A stretch of 64,000 nt of DNA from Gammaproteobacteria bacterium (GCA_963662545.2 CAXXLL010000003.1:2656001-2720000), one strand, 5' to 3'. Counted from the stretch's first letter, positions 31,814 to 41,900 are shown. Notes: a model not told the origin generated them from the letters alone. A program made the numbers and translations.

Positions 31814-33253
31814 ATGAACTACGTCCCTGCAAAACAAGAAGTCCAGCTCAACTATCCCAAGTACAAGACCCATTTCTCGGAGTTCATTGGGGTCGGCGCC
31901 AACGGCAACCTGTGGGTCGACGGCTGCGATTGCGAGGAGCTTGCAGAAAAGTTCGGAACGCCGCTTTTCGTGCTTAGCGAAGGCCAGTTCCGCCACAACT
32001 TTCGCCACTTCCGCGATGCCTTCCGGGCAGCTTACCCGGACGTGGAGGTCCTGTTCGCCAACAAGAGCGCCAACCAGCTCGCAGTGCGCCATATCCTCAA
32101 CCAGGAAGGAGCTGGCGGCGACGCCTTCGGCCTCCAGGAGATGTACTATTCGCTGCTCACCGGCGCGGACACCTCCAAGATGGTGCTGAACGGCAGCAAC
32201 AAGGAGGACGACGAGCTCGAGATGGCGGTCGCCAACAAGGTGTGCATCAACATCGACGCCATGGACGAGCTGGACCGCATCGACGCCGCTGCCAAGCGCC
32301 TGGGCGTGACCGACGTGCCGCTCGGCATTCGCGTCAAGTTGATCCTCGATGATCTCAAGGATCGCTACGGCATACCGATCCACGGGTCGGGAAGCTTGCA
32401 AGAGCAAGCGGCCGCACACAAGTGGGGCATGACCATGGACGAGACGGTGGAGCTGATCGGGCGCATCGACAAGATGCCCGACATGAACCTGGTCGAGCTC
32501 CACTACCACCTGAGCCGCATGGACAACAAGGCGTCCGACTTCGCGGCGATGGCACGCGAAATGATCGTCTGGACAGACGAGATCCGCAAAAAGACCGGCT
32601 GGACGGCGCCCTCCATCGACATCGGTGGCGGCTGGTCATTCGGCCGCCCGGGCGGTACCGGCCCCGAACGCCGGGACGACGAGAATGTGGCCACGTTCGA
32701 GGACTACGGGACGGAAGTCTGCGAAGCGATCAAGGACGAGTGCAAGAAGCGGGACTTTCCACTGCCCAAACTCAAGATGGAGCCGGGGCACTCAATCTCG
32801 GGCAGCGCCGGCGTCGCCATCGCCCGCATCGGCACCATCAAGAAGCATCCGACGAAGACGTGGATCAACTGCGACCTCAGCGCCAACATCATCAGCTTTG
32901 TCAACTTCTGCCACTGGTACTTCCCGATCTATCCGGTCAAGAACGCCGAGGCGAAGCCAACCCAGGTGGCGGACCTCGTCGGTCCGTTGTGCATCTCCGA
33001 CGAGCTCGGAGTGGAGCGCGAGTTCCCGGAGCTCAAGCGCGGCGATTACGTCGCGATGCTGGATTGCGGCGGCTACACCGAATCGACGATGTCCCAGTTC
33101 AATGCCCAGCTTTGGCCAGCGACCGTGCTCGTCAACGGCACCCACGTCGACGTCATCACCGATCGCCAGCGACTGAGCGACGTGATGGGGCGCTCCAAGG
33201 TGCCGCCGCGGCTCCTCGACGGCAGCTACGGGCGGCTGCGCGAAAGCGGATAG
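31814..33253 (+). CDS. PLP fold-III decarboxylase (diaminopimelate decarboxylase-like)
   Basis: FGTPLFV, FANKSA (PLP Lys), IDIGGG, EPG, VGPLC..D, GGY. Confidence 0.85.
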   Translation: MNYVPAKQEVQLNYPKYKTHFSEFIGVGANGNLWVDGCDCEELAEKFGTPLFVLSEGQFRHNFRHFRDAFRAAYPDVEVLFANKSANQLAVRHILNQEGAGGDAFGLQEMYYSLLTGADTSKMVLNGSNKEDDELEMAVANKVCINIDAMDELDRIDAAAKRLGVTDVPLGIRVKLILDDLKDRYGIPIHGSGSLQEQAAAHKWGMTMDETVELIGRIDKMPDMNLVELHYHLSRMDNKASDFAAMAREMIVWTDEIRKKTGWTAPSIDIGGGWSFGRPGGTGPERRDDENVATFEDYGTEVCEAIKDECKKRDFPLPKLKMEPGHSISGSAGVAIARIGTIKKHPTKTWINCDLSANIISFVNFCHWYFPIYPVKNAEAKPTQVADLVGPLCISDELGVEREFPELKRGDYVAMLDCGGYTESTMSQFNAQLWPATVLVNGTHVDVITDRQRLSDVMGRSKVPPRLLDGSYGRLRESG

Positions 33254-33334
33254 GCGCGCCGGCGCCGCGACTCCGCGAGCCGGCGTTCCTTGCGATCACG
33301 GCGGCGTTTGGTCCGCGGGCGTCGCCGTTTCTCT

Positions 33335-33580
33335 TTAGCTGCGCGGCGCGCCGGCGATCTTGCGTTGGCGGTGCTCGATCGCGCCGACTCCGAGCGAGAG
33401 GATCGTCATGATGGCGGCCGCGACCGTCATCAACCCGACGGCGCCCTCCCAGTTTCCCGCGGCCGTCACAACCGCCGCCAGCGCCGGGAGCCCGGCGACG
33501 TTGCCGAGGTTGAAACCCTGGACCAAGAGCCCGTTCGTCGTCCCCACCTGGGCCGCCGTGGCGGCAAGGATCATGTCATC
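33335..33580 (-). pseudogene. MFS transporter C-terminal fragment
   Basis: GTTNGLLVQGFNLGNVAGLP...W TM pattern; no N-terminus. Confidence 0.55.
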
Positions 33581-33784
33581 GTGTTGATGCCACCCTTCAA
33601 ACTTGAAACGATCGATACGGCTCCGGTTGCAATGCGATTCATCGGGGCCGGCGCGATATGCAACGAAGGAGAATGAACATGTACTCGCAACACCAGAGGC
33701 TGATCTTTCTCCCGTAATCCGATCCACTTTGTGTGAGGGATTTTCCTAATAATTATCATTGAACGGTCTTTTTTGCTTCATTAT

Positions 33785-36205
33785 TCATCGTTTTTCCTGA
33801 GCCGTCGGAACAGAAAGCGATTTGTCAGAAACGAAGCGCTTCAACACATTCTCGGTTATTTTCGATACGGCGTTTTCGTAGTTATTATAAGAAAGGCTTC
33901 CACACCAACTGATTGAACTCGCGGAAAATACCGCACCGTCGTTCGGCGTTTCAAAATAAACCATGTCGGCTTTCACCCATGTTCGGCCCGCCTCGCCCTG
34001 AGGCACGTTCGCGGCATCATTTATCATAACTTCCTCGATAGCATGTTGGTAGACGTTCGAGAAATCCTTAGCGGTTGCGAGCAGTAGCGCATGTGGTGGC
34101 GTACCCAGTACCCGATCAAAACGGTCGACTTCCATACCTGCGGCACCGTACTCGAACACGAGCGATGGATTGTCACCAATGCTTTCGTCTGGCCCGATCC
34201 CTTCGAAGATCCAAGCCGCGCGCGGGTCGAAGCTGTCCGATTGCCGATGAAACGGTCGCCCAGGACCAGCCCCCATTGCCGTAAACCCCACGCCGACCAA
34301 GGAGTTCGGTGGCCTCCCTCGGACCCGCCATAAACCGCCGGGCTCACCCGTCGTACTATGGTAATACTCGCCGGGCGCCGCTTCCCAGGTCTGACCCCCG
34401 CCATGGCGTCGTACTTCGACCGTGTGCCTTTGTTCGAGATCCATCGAGGTGACCCAATAGAAACCGTTGCCACCCAGATACATGAGACGACCGCCGCCTT
34501 GCAGATACGCCCTGAGTCCCTCCAGCATCTGACCCGACACGTATTCGGGATGGGTGCCGGTCAAGATGACATTGTATGGCTCCAGTAAAGCCTCGCCTTC
34601 CCAATGCAGGTCTCCGTCCGTAATCACGTCGTGGTCAAACGCTTTCTGTTCCAACCAGCCCACCAGATGCAGATCGGCGGTGAGTTGGTGTGGATACGCA
34701 ATCTCGTTCCAAACATCGACTAGCTTCGGTCGCATGTTCAGGATCGGCCTAAGCCGCGAGGAGTATGCCACGCCGCTGCCGTCAGAGTGCTTATCGTACA
34801 GGCTCAGAAGAGTCTTGTGCTCAATATCGGAATTGGCAGTTTGGCTAGATTCTAGAAAATTGGCATAGGCTAGATAACTAAAGGTGGGGATCAGTAATGC
34901 AATCTTCGAGGTAGCCGCGCCTTTCGTCGGTCGCACAAAGAAGGGAATGTAATCTTCGGTCTTTCCCGCGCGCAGGCGTGCCGCATAAACGCCGCTCTTC
35001 AGGTCGGCCGGTACGCGCAGCTCAAAGTCGGCCTCCCAGCTGGCATCATCCAAATCATCGTCATGAAAATAAATGGCACCGTATTCCGTCGGCGCATGTT
35101 TGAAATTCAATTCATTTCCTGACCACAAATGACCTGTCGCAGCCCGCATCGGCATCTGAACAGTGCGGCCATGTAAGTGATTCGGTCCTGTATCCGTCAC
35201 CTTGCGTGATGCAAAATCCAGGGAGAAATCCCAGGTCGCAACAGGATCGGTAGCGGGATCGCCCTGCCTCAGTGCGCCAATCTCAGAGGGAGACAGGGAT
35301 CGGCTAAAGATGCGCGGGCTTTCGATTTTCCCGTTGAAGTGACCGACCACTTGGCGTCGACTGGAAGATTCCGCCTGCCATGATCCGGCAATGAGCAGTG
35401 GCGCCTCATTGCGACCAATCGACCTTAACGGAGTAGTCTTGGTCACCAGGGCTTGTGTCGTGTCTCCGGGCCATTCTTGAAATGGCTCCTGATAGAGTCT
35501 TACCGTGCCGTTGGTCGCATCGAAGGTTGCAGCGACGAAGTACCAAGTTGTCGTTTGGACCATCTGCTGCCCGCCTAGGGATTGGTTCGCCGGCGTCCAT
35601 GCACGGAGGGGTTTACCTGTCCGGATCTTTACCGCCCGGCCGTTCTTATCGCCGATCCACAGCGCTAGACTGCCGTCCTCGTCAATGAAGAGCCCGTATC
35701 CTGTCTGCTCCGAAACAGACCATTTGGTGAGAATGCCCTGCACGCCCTTGAGCGGAGTGGTCGGTGCGATCCACGCTTGCAGCGTCAGATTACCTGTTGC
35801 ACGCAAGACAGGATGATCTATTACTTCAACGTAGGAGCCGTTGGGCAGGTCTTGATACCGCCCGGGGTATTCCTGATTGAGAGGTGAGTCAATAACGATT
35901 TCCTTGAACCCGGGACCGATGGGATTGTCATCCCCTTGGATCAGCCGGACCAGATCGGCCTGGTAACGGGGCAACTTGGAACTGACCATGAACTGGATTG
36001 TTTCCCCCGGCTGCACACTGAGACGATCGGCGTAACCGATCAGTTGCAGCTTGTCGGGGTTTTGAGCCACGCGGTTTTGAGCCACGCTGGTTGTTGTCTG
36101 GACTAAAAGAGCGATAAGCAAACAAACGACCACCCGGCCAATGTTCGATCTGGCATGGGACACCCTACGCTTTCTGATACCCGGTAAGACATAATCAAGC
36201 ATCAC
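33785..36205 (-). CDS. N,N-dimethylformamidase large(beta)-subunit family protein with LamG-like domain and predicted signal peptide
   Basis: GYADRLSVQPGE, HDDDLDDA, SGVYAARL, YLAYAN, SLYDKHSDGSG, GTHPEY, YLGGNGFYW. Confidence 0.9.
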   Translation of the reverse strand: MMLDYVLPGIRKRRVSHARSNIGRVVVCLLIALLVQTTTSVAQNRVAQNPDKLQLIGYADRLSVQPGETIQFMVSSKLPRYQADLVRLIQGDDNPIGPGFKEIVIDSPLNQEYPGRYQDLPNGSYVEVIDHPVLRATGNLTLQAWIAPTTPLKGVQGILTKWSVSEQTGYGLFIDEDGSLALWIGDKNGRAVKIRTGKPLRAWTPANQSLGGQQMVQTTTWYFVAATFDATNGTVRLYQEPFQEWPGDTTQALVTKTTPLRSIGRNEAPLLIAGSWQAESSSRRQVVGHFNGKIESPRIFSRSLSPSEIGALRQGDPATDPVATWDFSLDFASRKVTDTGPNHLHGRTVQMPMRAATGHLWSGNELNFKHAPTEYGAIYFHDDDLDDASWEADFELRVPADLKSGVYAARLRAGKTEDYIPFFVRPTKGAATSKIALLIPTFSYLAYANFLESSQTANSDIEHKTLLSLYDKHSDGSGVAYSSRLRPILNMRPKLVDVWNEIAYPHQLTADLHLVGWLEQKAFDHDVITDGDLHWEGEALLEPYNVILTGTHPEYVSGQMLEGLRAYLQGGGRLMYLGGNGFYWVTSMDLEQRHTVEVRRHGGGQTWEAAPGEYYHSTTGEPGGLWRVRGRPPNSLVGVGFTAMGAGPGRPFHRQSDSFDPRAAWIFEGIGPDESIGDNPSLVFEYGAAGMEVDRFDRVLGTPPHALLLATAKDFSNVYQHAIEEVMINDAANVPQGEAGRTWVKADMVYFETPNDGAVFSASSISWCGSLSYNNYENAVSKITENVLKRFVSDKSLSVPTAQEKR

Positions 36206-36280
36206 TTTTATCCTCGGTTGTTTGTTTTAGTTTGGCGTCGAGTGTTTCGACAATTCATAAATTGGAGAAAAGGTGACAGG

Positions 36281-37620
36281 CTGAGGAATCCCCATAAAAC
36301 CCCAACGAAATACAAAGCGATAGATTGATTTGTGGGTTCGTGGAACCTGCATGGCTCGAGTTGATCTCAGTTGTTGCAAGACAATCTGTGAACGACGAGG
36401 TGAGCCATGCAGGTATTGAAATTGTTACATGAAATGAGCAGCGAAGCGCTATACGGTGTGCATTTGGGTCGTCGACTCTCGGTTTGGGCGGCGGTCGGCG
36501 GTTTACTTCGGGGCCGACGTTTGTGGCTGACGCATATCGGTCGGAGCATAGACAGTGGCACGAGCGAGAAACACGCGATTAAGCGCGTCGATCGCTTGCT
36601 GGGTAATCGTCAGCTCGGTGGTGAGCGTTTGCAGTGGTATCAATGGATAGCTCGGTTATTGGTATCGGACTGTGCGCATCCGGTGGTGTTGGTGGATTGG
36701 TCTAATCTGGATCAACGTCAAGAGCTCTATGTATTGCGGGCGGCCTTAGCGGTCGGTGGTCGAGCCATCCCCGTGTATGAAGAAGTCGAACACCATTACG
36801 CGAGTGTCAAAGCGGAGAAACGCTTTCTGAAGCGACTGAAGGCCATTCTGCCTGCGGGCTGTTGTCCGATCTTGGTCAGTGATGCAGGATTTCGGACGCC
36901 CTGGTTGAGTCTTGTGGCCTCAATGGGATGGTATTACGTGGGTCGCATCCGTCATCGTCACCTCGTGCGAGGTATGGATGAGGCGGCATGGCATTCGAAC
37001 AAAGTGCTCTACGGCCAAGCCAATGCTCGTCCGAAGTCACTGGGTCGTTTTTTGATCACGAAAAGTAATCCGCTGGACACCCATTTATTCGTTTACAAAG
37101 GTAAGAAACGCGGGCGTGTCTGCTATACGGCTTACGGCAAACCGGCGCGGGCTCGCAATACCGAGAAACCGTCGGCAGCGGCGCGTGAGCCGTGGTTATT
37201 GGCCAGCAATCTGCCGGACAACCTTCGTAGTGCGCATCGGGTAGTTGCCGTGTATCGTCGCCGCATGCAGATTGAAGAGAGCTTCCGCGACATGAAGTCG
37301 CCCCGTTACGGCTTTGCACTTAGAGAAAACATGGGACGTGATCCCGAGAGAGTGGCGAACTTACTCTTGCTGTGCGCATTGGCCACACTGGCCCAATGGT
37401 TGGTCGGCTTGGTCGGTTACCAAACAGGTTTAGTGAAAGGTTTACAGGCCAATACCGAAAGACGTAAGCCCGTCCTATCCGTGGTATTCGTTGGTGCTCG
37501 CCTCATTGCCAAGCAACTTCAAATCCGGCGCTCAACTTTATTACAGGCGCTCCGGGATCTACAGGCACGCGCCATTGTGCAACTTGAATTTTGCTAGTCG
37601 AATTTGTGGGGATCCCTCAG
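36281..37620 (+). mobile_element. IS4-family (IS10 group) element, 1340 bp, 9-bp DR GGTGACAGG
   Basis: Ends CTGAGGAATCCCC and GGGGATCCCTCAG; DR at 36272-36280 and 37621-37629. Confidence 0.95.
36407..37597 (+). CDS. IS10-like DDE transposase
   Basis: KHAIKRVDRLLGN, LVDWS, DAGF, YRRRMQIEESFRDMK. Confidence 0.93.
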   Translation: MQVLKLLHEMSSEALYGVHLGRRLSVWAAVGGLLRGRRLWLTHIGRSIDSGTSEKHAIKRVDRLLGNRQLGGERLQWYQWIARLLVSDCAHPVVLVDWSNLDQRQELYVLRAALAVGGRAIPVYEEVEHHYASVKAEKRFLKRLKAILPAGCCPILVSDAGFRTPWLSLVASMGWYYVGRIRHRHLVRGMDEAAWHSNKVLYGQANARPKSLGRFLITKSNPLDTHLFVYKGKKRGRVCYTAYGKPARARNTEKPSAAAREPWLLASNLPDNLRSAHRVVAVYRRRMQIEESFRDMKSPRYGFALRENMGRDPERVANLLLLCALATLAQWLVGLVGYQTGLVKGLQANTERRKPVLSVVFVGARLIAKQLQIRRSTLLQALRDLQARAIVQLEFC

Positions 37621-37634
37621 GGTGACAGGTTTAT

Positions 37635-37895
37635 TTGAGTGAACCATATCTCCAAAGTGACCCGGTGGGGCTTGCCGGTGGTATTAATACCTATGCCTAT
37701 GCCAACAGCAACCCCTTACGTTGGATAGATTTATATGGGTTAACTGCGACTTGTCCTCTAATTCCGCCTGGTTTAGGCGATTCGATGTGGACATCCGACC
37801 GCGGTTCACGCTTCTTTCATTGTGGCTTACGAGTTTTTAGGGAGAATCGCAAACCCACACCGTGCGACCCCACCGCAGAATGTGTTTATGACTGA
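37635..37895 (+). pseudogene. RHS core C-terminal fragment (also at 45254-45514)
   Basis: [32 protein letters not shown]. Confidence 0.8.
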
Positions 37896-38236
37896 CCCTG
37901 TCCGGCGCTGAACTCAAGGCCATCCTCGAAGACGTCGCTGATAACCTGTTCAATCCCGACCCGTATTTTCAGCAGGGCGGTGACATGGTGCGCACCGCCG
38001 GGATCGGTTATCGCCTGCGTGCACACGCGCAAGCCGGGGAGCGCATCGAGAATCTGACTAAGCTGCCAGGCCGCGATCCGATTGAAGCGTCGCGACAATA
38101 TGTGCTCACAGCTTGGGCCTCGGTCAACGAAAATGTCGAGGGCCCGGCGGTCTACGACGTCGTCAGCGAGCATATCGAGAACCTCGATGATGACGTCCAT
38201 GTAGCGCCGAACACCGCCGTGCAGTTCGTCGTCTAA
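37895..38236 (+). pseudogene. soxB: Thiosulfohydrolase SoxB C-terminal fragment (also at 45514-45855)
   Basis: ELKAILEDVADNLFNPDPYFQQGGDMVR...WASVNE. Confidence 0.85.
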
Positions 38237-38422
38237 TCAGGTCGCAAAGCCCCTGAATACGGTCAGTAGCGCGCGGATCTCCTGCACGAGATCGGGAGGC
38301 AGGTCATCGGCAGCCATCTCGAACGTCAGGGCCTGCTGGTCCGCGACCTCGATCACAGCTACCTCGCCCGCGAGCCGCACGATGACGATGGCCTGGCCCA
38401 GGTCCTCGGTCGTTCGATTACC

Positions 38423-38469
38423 TCGGCAACTGCTCCTGCGCTGCTCTACCTCCTGCATCCATGCAGTCG
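38423..38469 (-). mobile_element. 47-bp hairpin mini-insertion (filled allele)
   Basis: Absent from the duplicate at 46007/46008; same family as 46646-46692 and 54309-54355. Confidence 0.85.
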
Positions 38470-38826
38470 TACCGCATCGCCTTCGGCCCCCGCCAGGGAC
38501 ACAAGGCCTTCATGCTACAAACGCGCCCCGCGCAAGATGAACACACACCTACCAGCGAGCGCTTGGCCAAGGCCGCGGGCTTCTCCCTACACGCGGGCGT
38601 GGCGGCCGAACCCTGGGAGCGCAACAAACTCCAACGTCTCGCCCGTTACCTCACTCGCCCCGCGATCGCAGAGCAACGCCTCGCGCTAACTGCACAAGGC
38701 CTCGTCAGGTACGAACTCAAAACCCCTTATCGCGACGCCACCACCCACGTGTTCTTCGAGCCCCTGGACCTCATGGCCCGCCTCGCCGCACTCATCCTCA
38801 AACCGCGCGTCAATCTGATCCGATTT

Positions 38827-38898
38827 GATGGGGAACATCCCTGTTCCCCACCCTTCGGGCAACCTTCGGTTGTCCAAATTTATTCCCGATAAATTTGT
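38827..38898. repeat. 72-bp three-hairpin insertion in the ISCR transposase (also 46365-46436, 54028-54099)
   Basis: Interrupts the IRF|HGVFAPN motif and adds an in-frame TAA. Confidence 0.8.
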
Positions 38899-39017
38899 CA
38901 CGGTGTCTTTGCCCCGAATAGCCCGCATCGCGCCGCCGTCACGCCCGCCCGACGCGGCCGCAAGCAATCCGATGCAAAGCCCGACAAAACACCCGCCCAA
39001 CAACGCGCCGCCATATT

Positions 39018-39284
39018 GTGTACCGACGGGCTTTATTCATACTGGTTCTGGTATGGCAGATCGCAGCGGTCGTTGCCGCGGACGAGCGTACGCTGGCCAT
39101 CCTGCTGACGAACGACGACGGCTACGATTCCGCGGGGCTAAGCACATTGCGCGACGCATTGCTCGCGGACGGTCACCGGGTCACGGTGGTCGCGCCGCTG
39201 GCGCAACAAAGCGGCAGCGGCGTGAAAGTCACCCTGGGCACGTATAAGAAAAACAAAGCCCACGTGTCGATTAATCAGTTGTGA
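39018..39284 (+). pseudogene. surE: SurE 5'/3'-nucleotidase N-terminal fragment with signal peptide
   Basis: ILLTNDDG...VVAPLAQQSGSG, then truncated. Confidence 0.8.
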
Positions 39285-39321
39285 AGCGAAGGCCTGGGAC
39301 GAAGCTGGAAGAGAGGTTGTC

Positions 39322-40050
39322 GTGGGTCAGGTGCCGGCAATAGTTCGCACGCCGAAAGCATCGGTACGGGCAGAAAAAGTCGTATTGGTGATGAGCGCCT
39401 GGTCGGTACGCTGGGCCGCAATCCGCAAGGCGGTGGCGGTCGTCAGCGGCGACATCATCATGACGCCCCCCATCCCCAATGAACTCGAACAAATGGGCTG
39501 GACGGATGGCCTCGGCGTCTCCGACGGGCGCGCCCTCGGCATTACGCTCGTGGTCGCCGGTGCCGAGACGACGACCTTCCTGCTCGCGAACCTGCTATAC
39601 AACCTCGCCGTTATGCCCGCGGAGCGGATGGCGCTGTGCCGAGACCCGGCATTGATTCCTGCATTCATAGACGAGAGCTTGCGGCACTCGGGGCCGCCGC
39701 AGCGCCTGTTCCGGATCGCCACCCGGGATGTCGAGGTCGGCGGGTGCCTAATCAAAGCCGGCGAATGGGTGGCCCTGTTCTTCGGCGCCGCAAATCATGA
39801 CGCGGACGTGTTTCCGGAGCCGGCGCGCTTCGAGATGGCCCGCGAGAACGCGAATCGCCACCTGTCGATGGGTCTCGGTATCCACCACTGCCTCGGCTTC
39901 GCCGTCGCGAAGCTTGAGGCGGGCGCGCTTATCGAAGCGGTGCTCGGGCGATTTCCGGAGCTGCGACTCGGCGAAACCCTGCCGGTCCCGCAACGGACGA
40001 GCCTGCTGACGAATAGCTTCGAGGCGCTGACGATCAACTTCGACGGCTGA
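39322..40050 (+). pseudogene. Chimeric ORF: FAD-oxidoreductase-like fragment fused in frame to a cytochrome P450 C-terminal half
   Basis: [15 protein letters not shown]...GVSDGR, then [23 protein letters not shown]. Confidence 0.75.
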
Positions 40051-40067
40051 TCCGGGAGATTGAGCAT

Positions 40068-40475
40068 ATGACGCAAAACAGCAACATCGAGATTACCCAG
40101 CAAATTTTCGCGGCGTTTGGTGCAGCCGATATTCCGGCCATACTCGCGCTGTTGACCGACGATGTCGTGATCGAGTTCTAGGGCCCCTCGACGATTCCCT
40201 ATGCCGGGACCTACCGTGGTAAAGCGGAGGCAACGCGTTTCTTTGACACCGTGCTAGCGTTCGTCGACGTCAACCAGTTCGAACCAAAGGAATTCCTCGC
40301 CGATGGCGACAAGGTCGTCGTGACCGGGCACCTCAACCTCAACGCGAAGTCGAACGGCGGCGAAATCGACTCCGATTTCGTGCATGTCATCACGTTGAGA
40401 GACCGTAAGTGGGCGCGCTTTCGCGATTTCATGGATACCGCCGCTGCCGTAAACGCATTCAGTGGCGAAGCCTGA
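40068..40475 (+). pseudogene. SnoaL/NTF2-like protein with internal TAG (40179-40181)
   Basis: F...DIPAILALLTDDV, PYAGTYRG, GDKVVVTG, RFRDFMDT. Confidence 0.8.
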
Positions 40476-40568
40476 TAATGCTAAAAAGGATTACGACCAC
40501 ATTCGTCCGAAAAATGGCAAATTCGGTGTAAGATTGAGAGACAAAGGCACCCCTAAGGAGCGTTTACC

Positions 40569-41900
40569 ATGGTCGCATCAGTTAAGGCCGCATCCCTCGG
40601 GCTCGCGGTGTACGAACAAACCCGGTCACGTGAGCTATTTGAACGTGCCGAACGGGTCATCCCGGGGCAAAAGTACGGCGGTGCGGTGATCTGTCCGGCT
40701 GGAATGTGCGGTCATTACAGCCTGAACGCGATGGCTCCCGGGTACCCGATCTACTTCTCCGAGGCCCGCGGTGCACGATTCTGGGACGTCGATGGCAATG
40801 AATACGTGGATTACATGTGTGCCTACGGCCCGATGGTTCTCGGCTACAAAAACCCGGTGATCGACGAGGCCGTCCGCAAGCAGAACGAGAAATCCAACAC
40901 CGTCACCTTGGCTGCACCACTGATGGTAGAGCTCGCGGAATACCTGGTGGATCTGGTGCCGATCGCGGACTGGGCGTTCTTCTCCAAGAACGGCGGCGAC
41001 GCGACTGCCCAGTCTGTGATGGTGGCGAGGGCCGCCACGGGCCGCAAGAAGATCGTGACCGTCGCAGACGGCTATCACGGGGTAGCGGCGTGGATGCAGG
41101 GGCCGGGGGCCCCCGGAACCGTTGAGGAAGACTACCGGAACATCGTTACCGTGGACTGGAACGACGTGAAAGGTCTGGAGAACGTGGTGGCGGAGAACCC
41201 GGGAGAAATCGCCGCTTTTATATCGAGTCCGTATCACCACCCCCTGTTCATAGACAATGAGCTGCCCGCACCCGGGTACTGGGCCAATGTCGAGCGGATC
41301 TGCCGCAAGGAGGGCATCGTTATCATCGCCGACGATGTCCGTGCGGGCTTCCGTGCGCACATGGGGGGAAGCTGCGAGTACTTCGGATTCAAGCCGGACC
41401 TGATCTGCTTCGGCAAGGCCCTCGGCAACGGCGAGCCGATTGCCGCGCTGGTCGGGACCGATGCCATGCGCGATGCTGTAGCGAGTGTGTTCTACACCGG
41501 TACCCAGTTCTACAATGCAAGCCCGATGGCTGCCTCGCTCGCCACCCTGCGAGAACTGCAACGGATCGACGGACCGAACGTGATGCTGCAAACCGGTAAA
41601 AAGTTGACGGACGGCATGGTAGAGATCGCGAAGAACCACGGATTCGATCTCAAGGTGAGCGGGATGCCGAGCATGCCCTATCTGCGGCTCACCGACGAGG
41701 ATTCCCCGATCTGGACCGAGGGACTGGAAGCCATGCACACCGGTCTGCACGCGACATGGATCTCAGAATGCACCAGGCGGGGCGCGTTCTTTTCCTCGGT
41801 CCACAACCACTTCGTCTCGACGGCGCACGACCAGGCAGATCTGGAGCGAACCTGGGAGATCGTGGACGAGGCGTTCAAGGTAGTGAAGAACGCGAGGTAG
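40569..41900 (+). CDS. Class III aminotransferase (glutamate-1-semialdehyde aminomutase-like)
   Basis: WDVDGNEYVDY, KNGGDAT, YHG, DDVRAGFR, FGKALGNG. Confidence 0.88.
   Translation: MVASVKAASLGLAVYEQTRSRELFERAERVIPGQKYGGAVICPAGMCGHYSLNAMAPGYPIYFSEARGARFWDVDGNEYVDYMCAYGPMVLGYKNPVIDEAVRKQNEKSNTVTLAAPLMVELAEYLVDLVPIADWAFFSKNGGDATAQSVMVARAATGRKKIVTVADGYHGVAAWMQGPGAPGTVEEDYRNIVTVDWNDVKGLENVVAENPGEIAAFISSPYHHPLFIDNELPAPGYWANVERICRKEGIVIIADDVRAGFRAHMGGSCEYFGFKPDLICFGKALGNGEPIAALVGTDAMRDAVASVFYTGTQFYNASPMAASLATLRELQRIDGPNVMLQTGKKLTDGMVEIAKNHGFDLKVSGMPSMPYLRLTDEDSPIWTEGLEAMHTGLHATWISECTRRGAFFSSVHNHFVSTAHDQADLERTWEIVDEAFKVVKNAR

Larger units (their letters stand above)
36263..39014 (+). repeat. Segmental duplication, copy A (IS10-like, RHS fragment, soxB fragment, ISCR remnant)
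   Basis: Near-identical to 42179-46552 apart from the ISNCY insertion, small indels and SNPs. Confidence 0.9.
38309..39014 (+). mobile_element. IS91/ISCR-like Y2 transposase remnant A (both ends missing)
   Basis: HLERQGLLVRD...SITYRIA...GFSLHAGV...RYLTRPAIA...PRVNLIRF[insert]HGVFAPNS. Confidence 0.88.

Noticed and set aside
37895-38236. Sox pathway or RHS toxin locus
   Set aside because: Only short C-terminal fragments, with no partner genes
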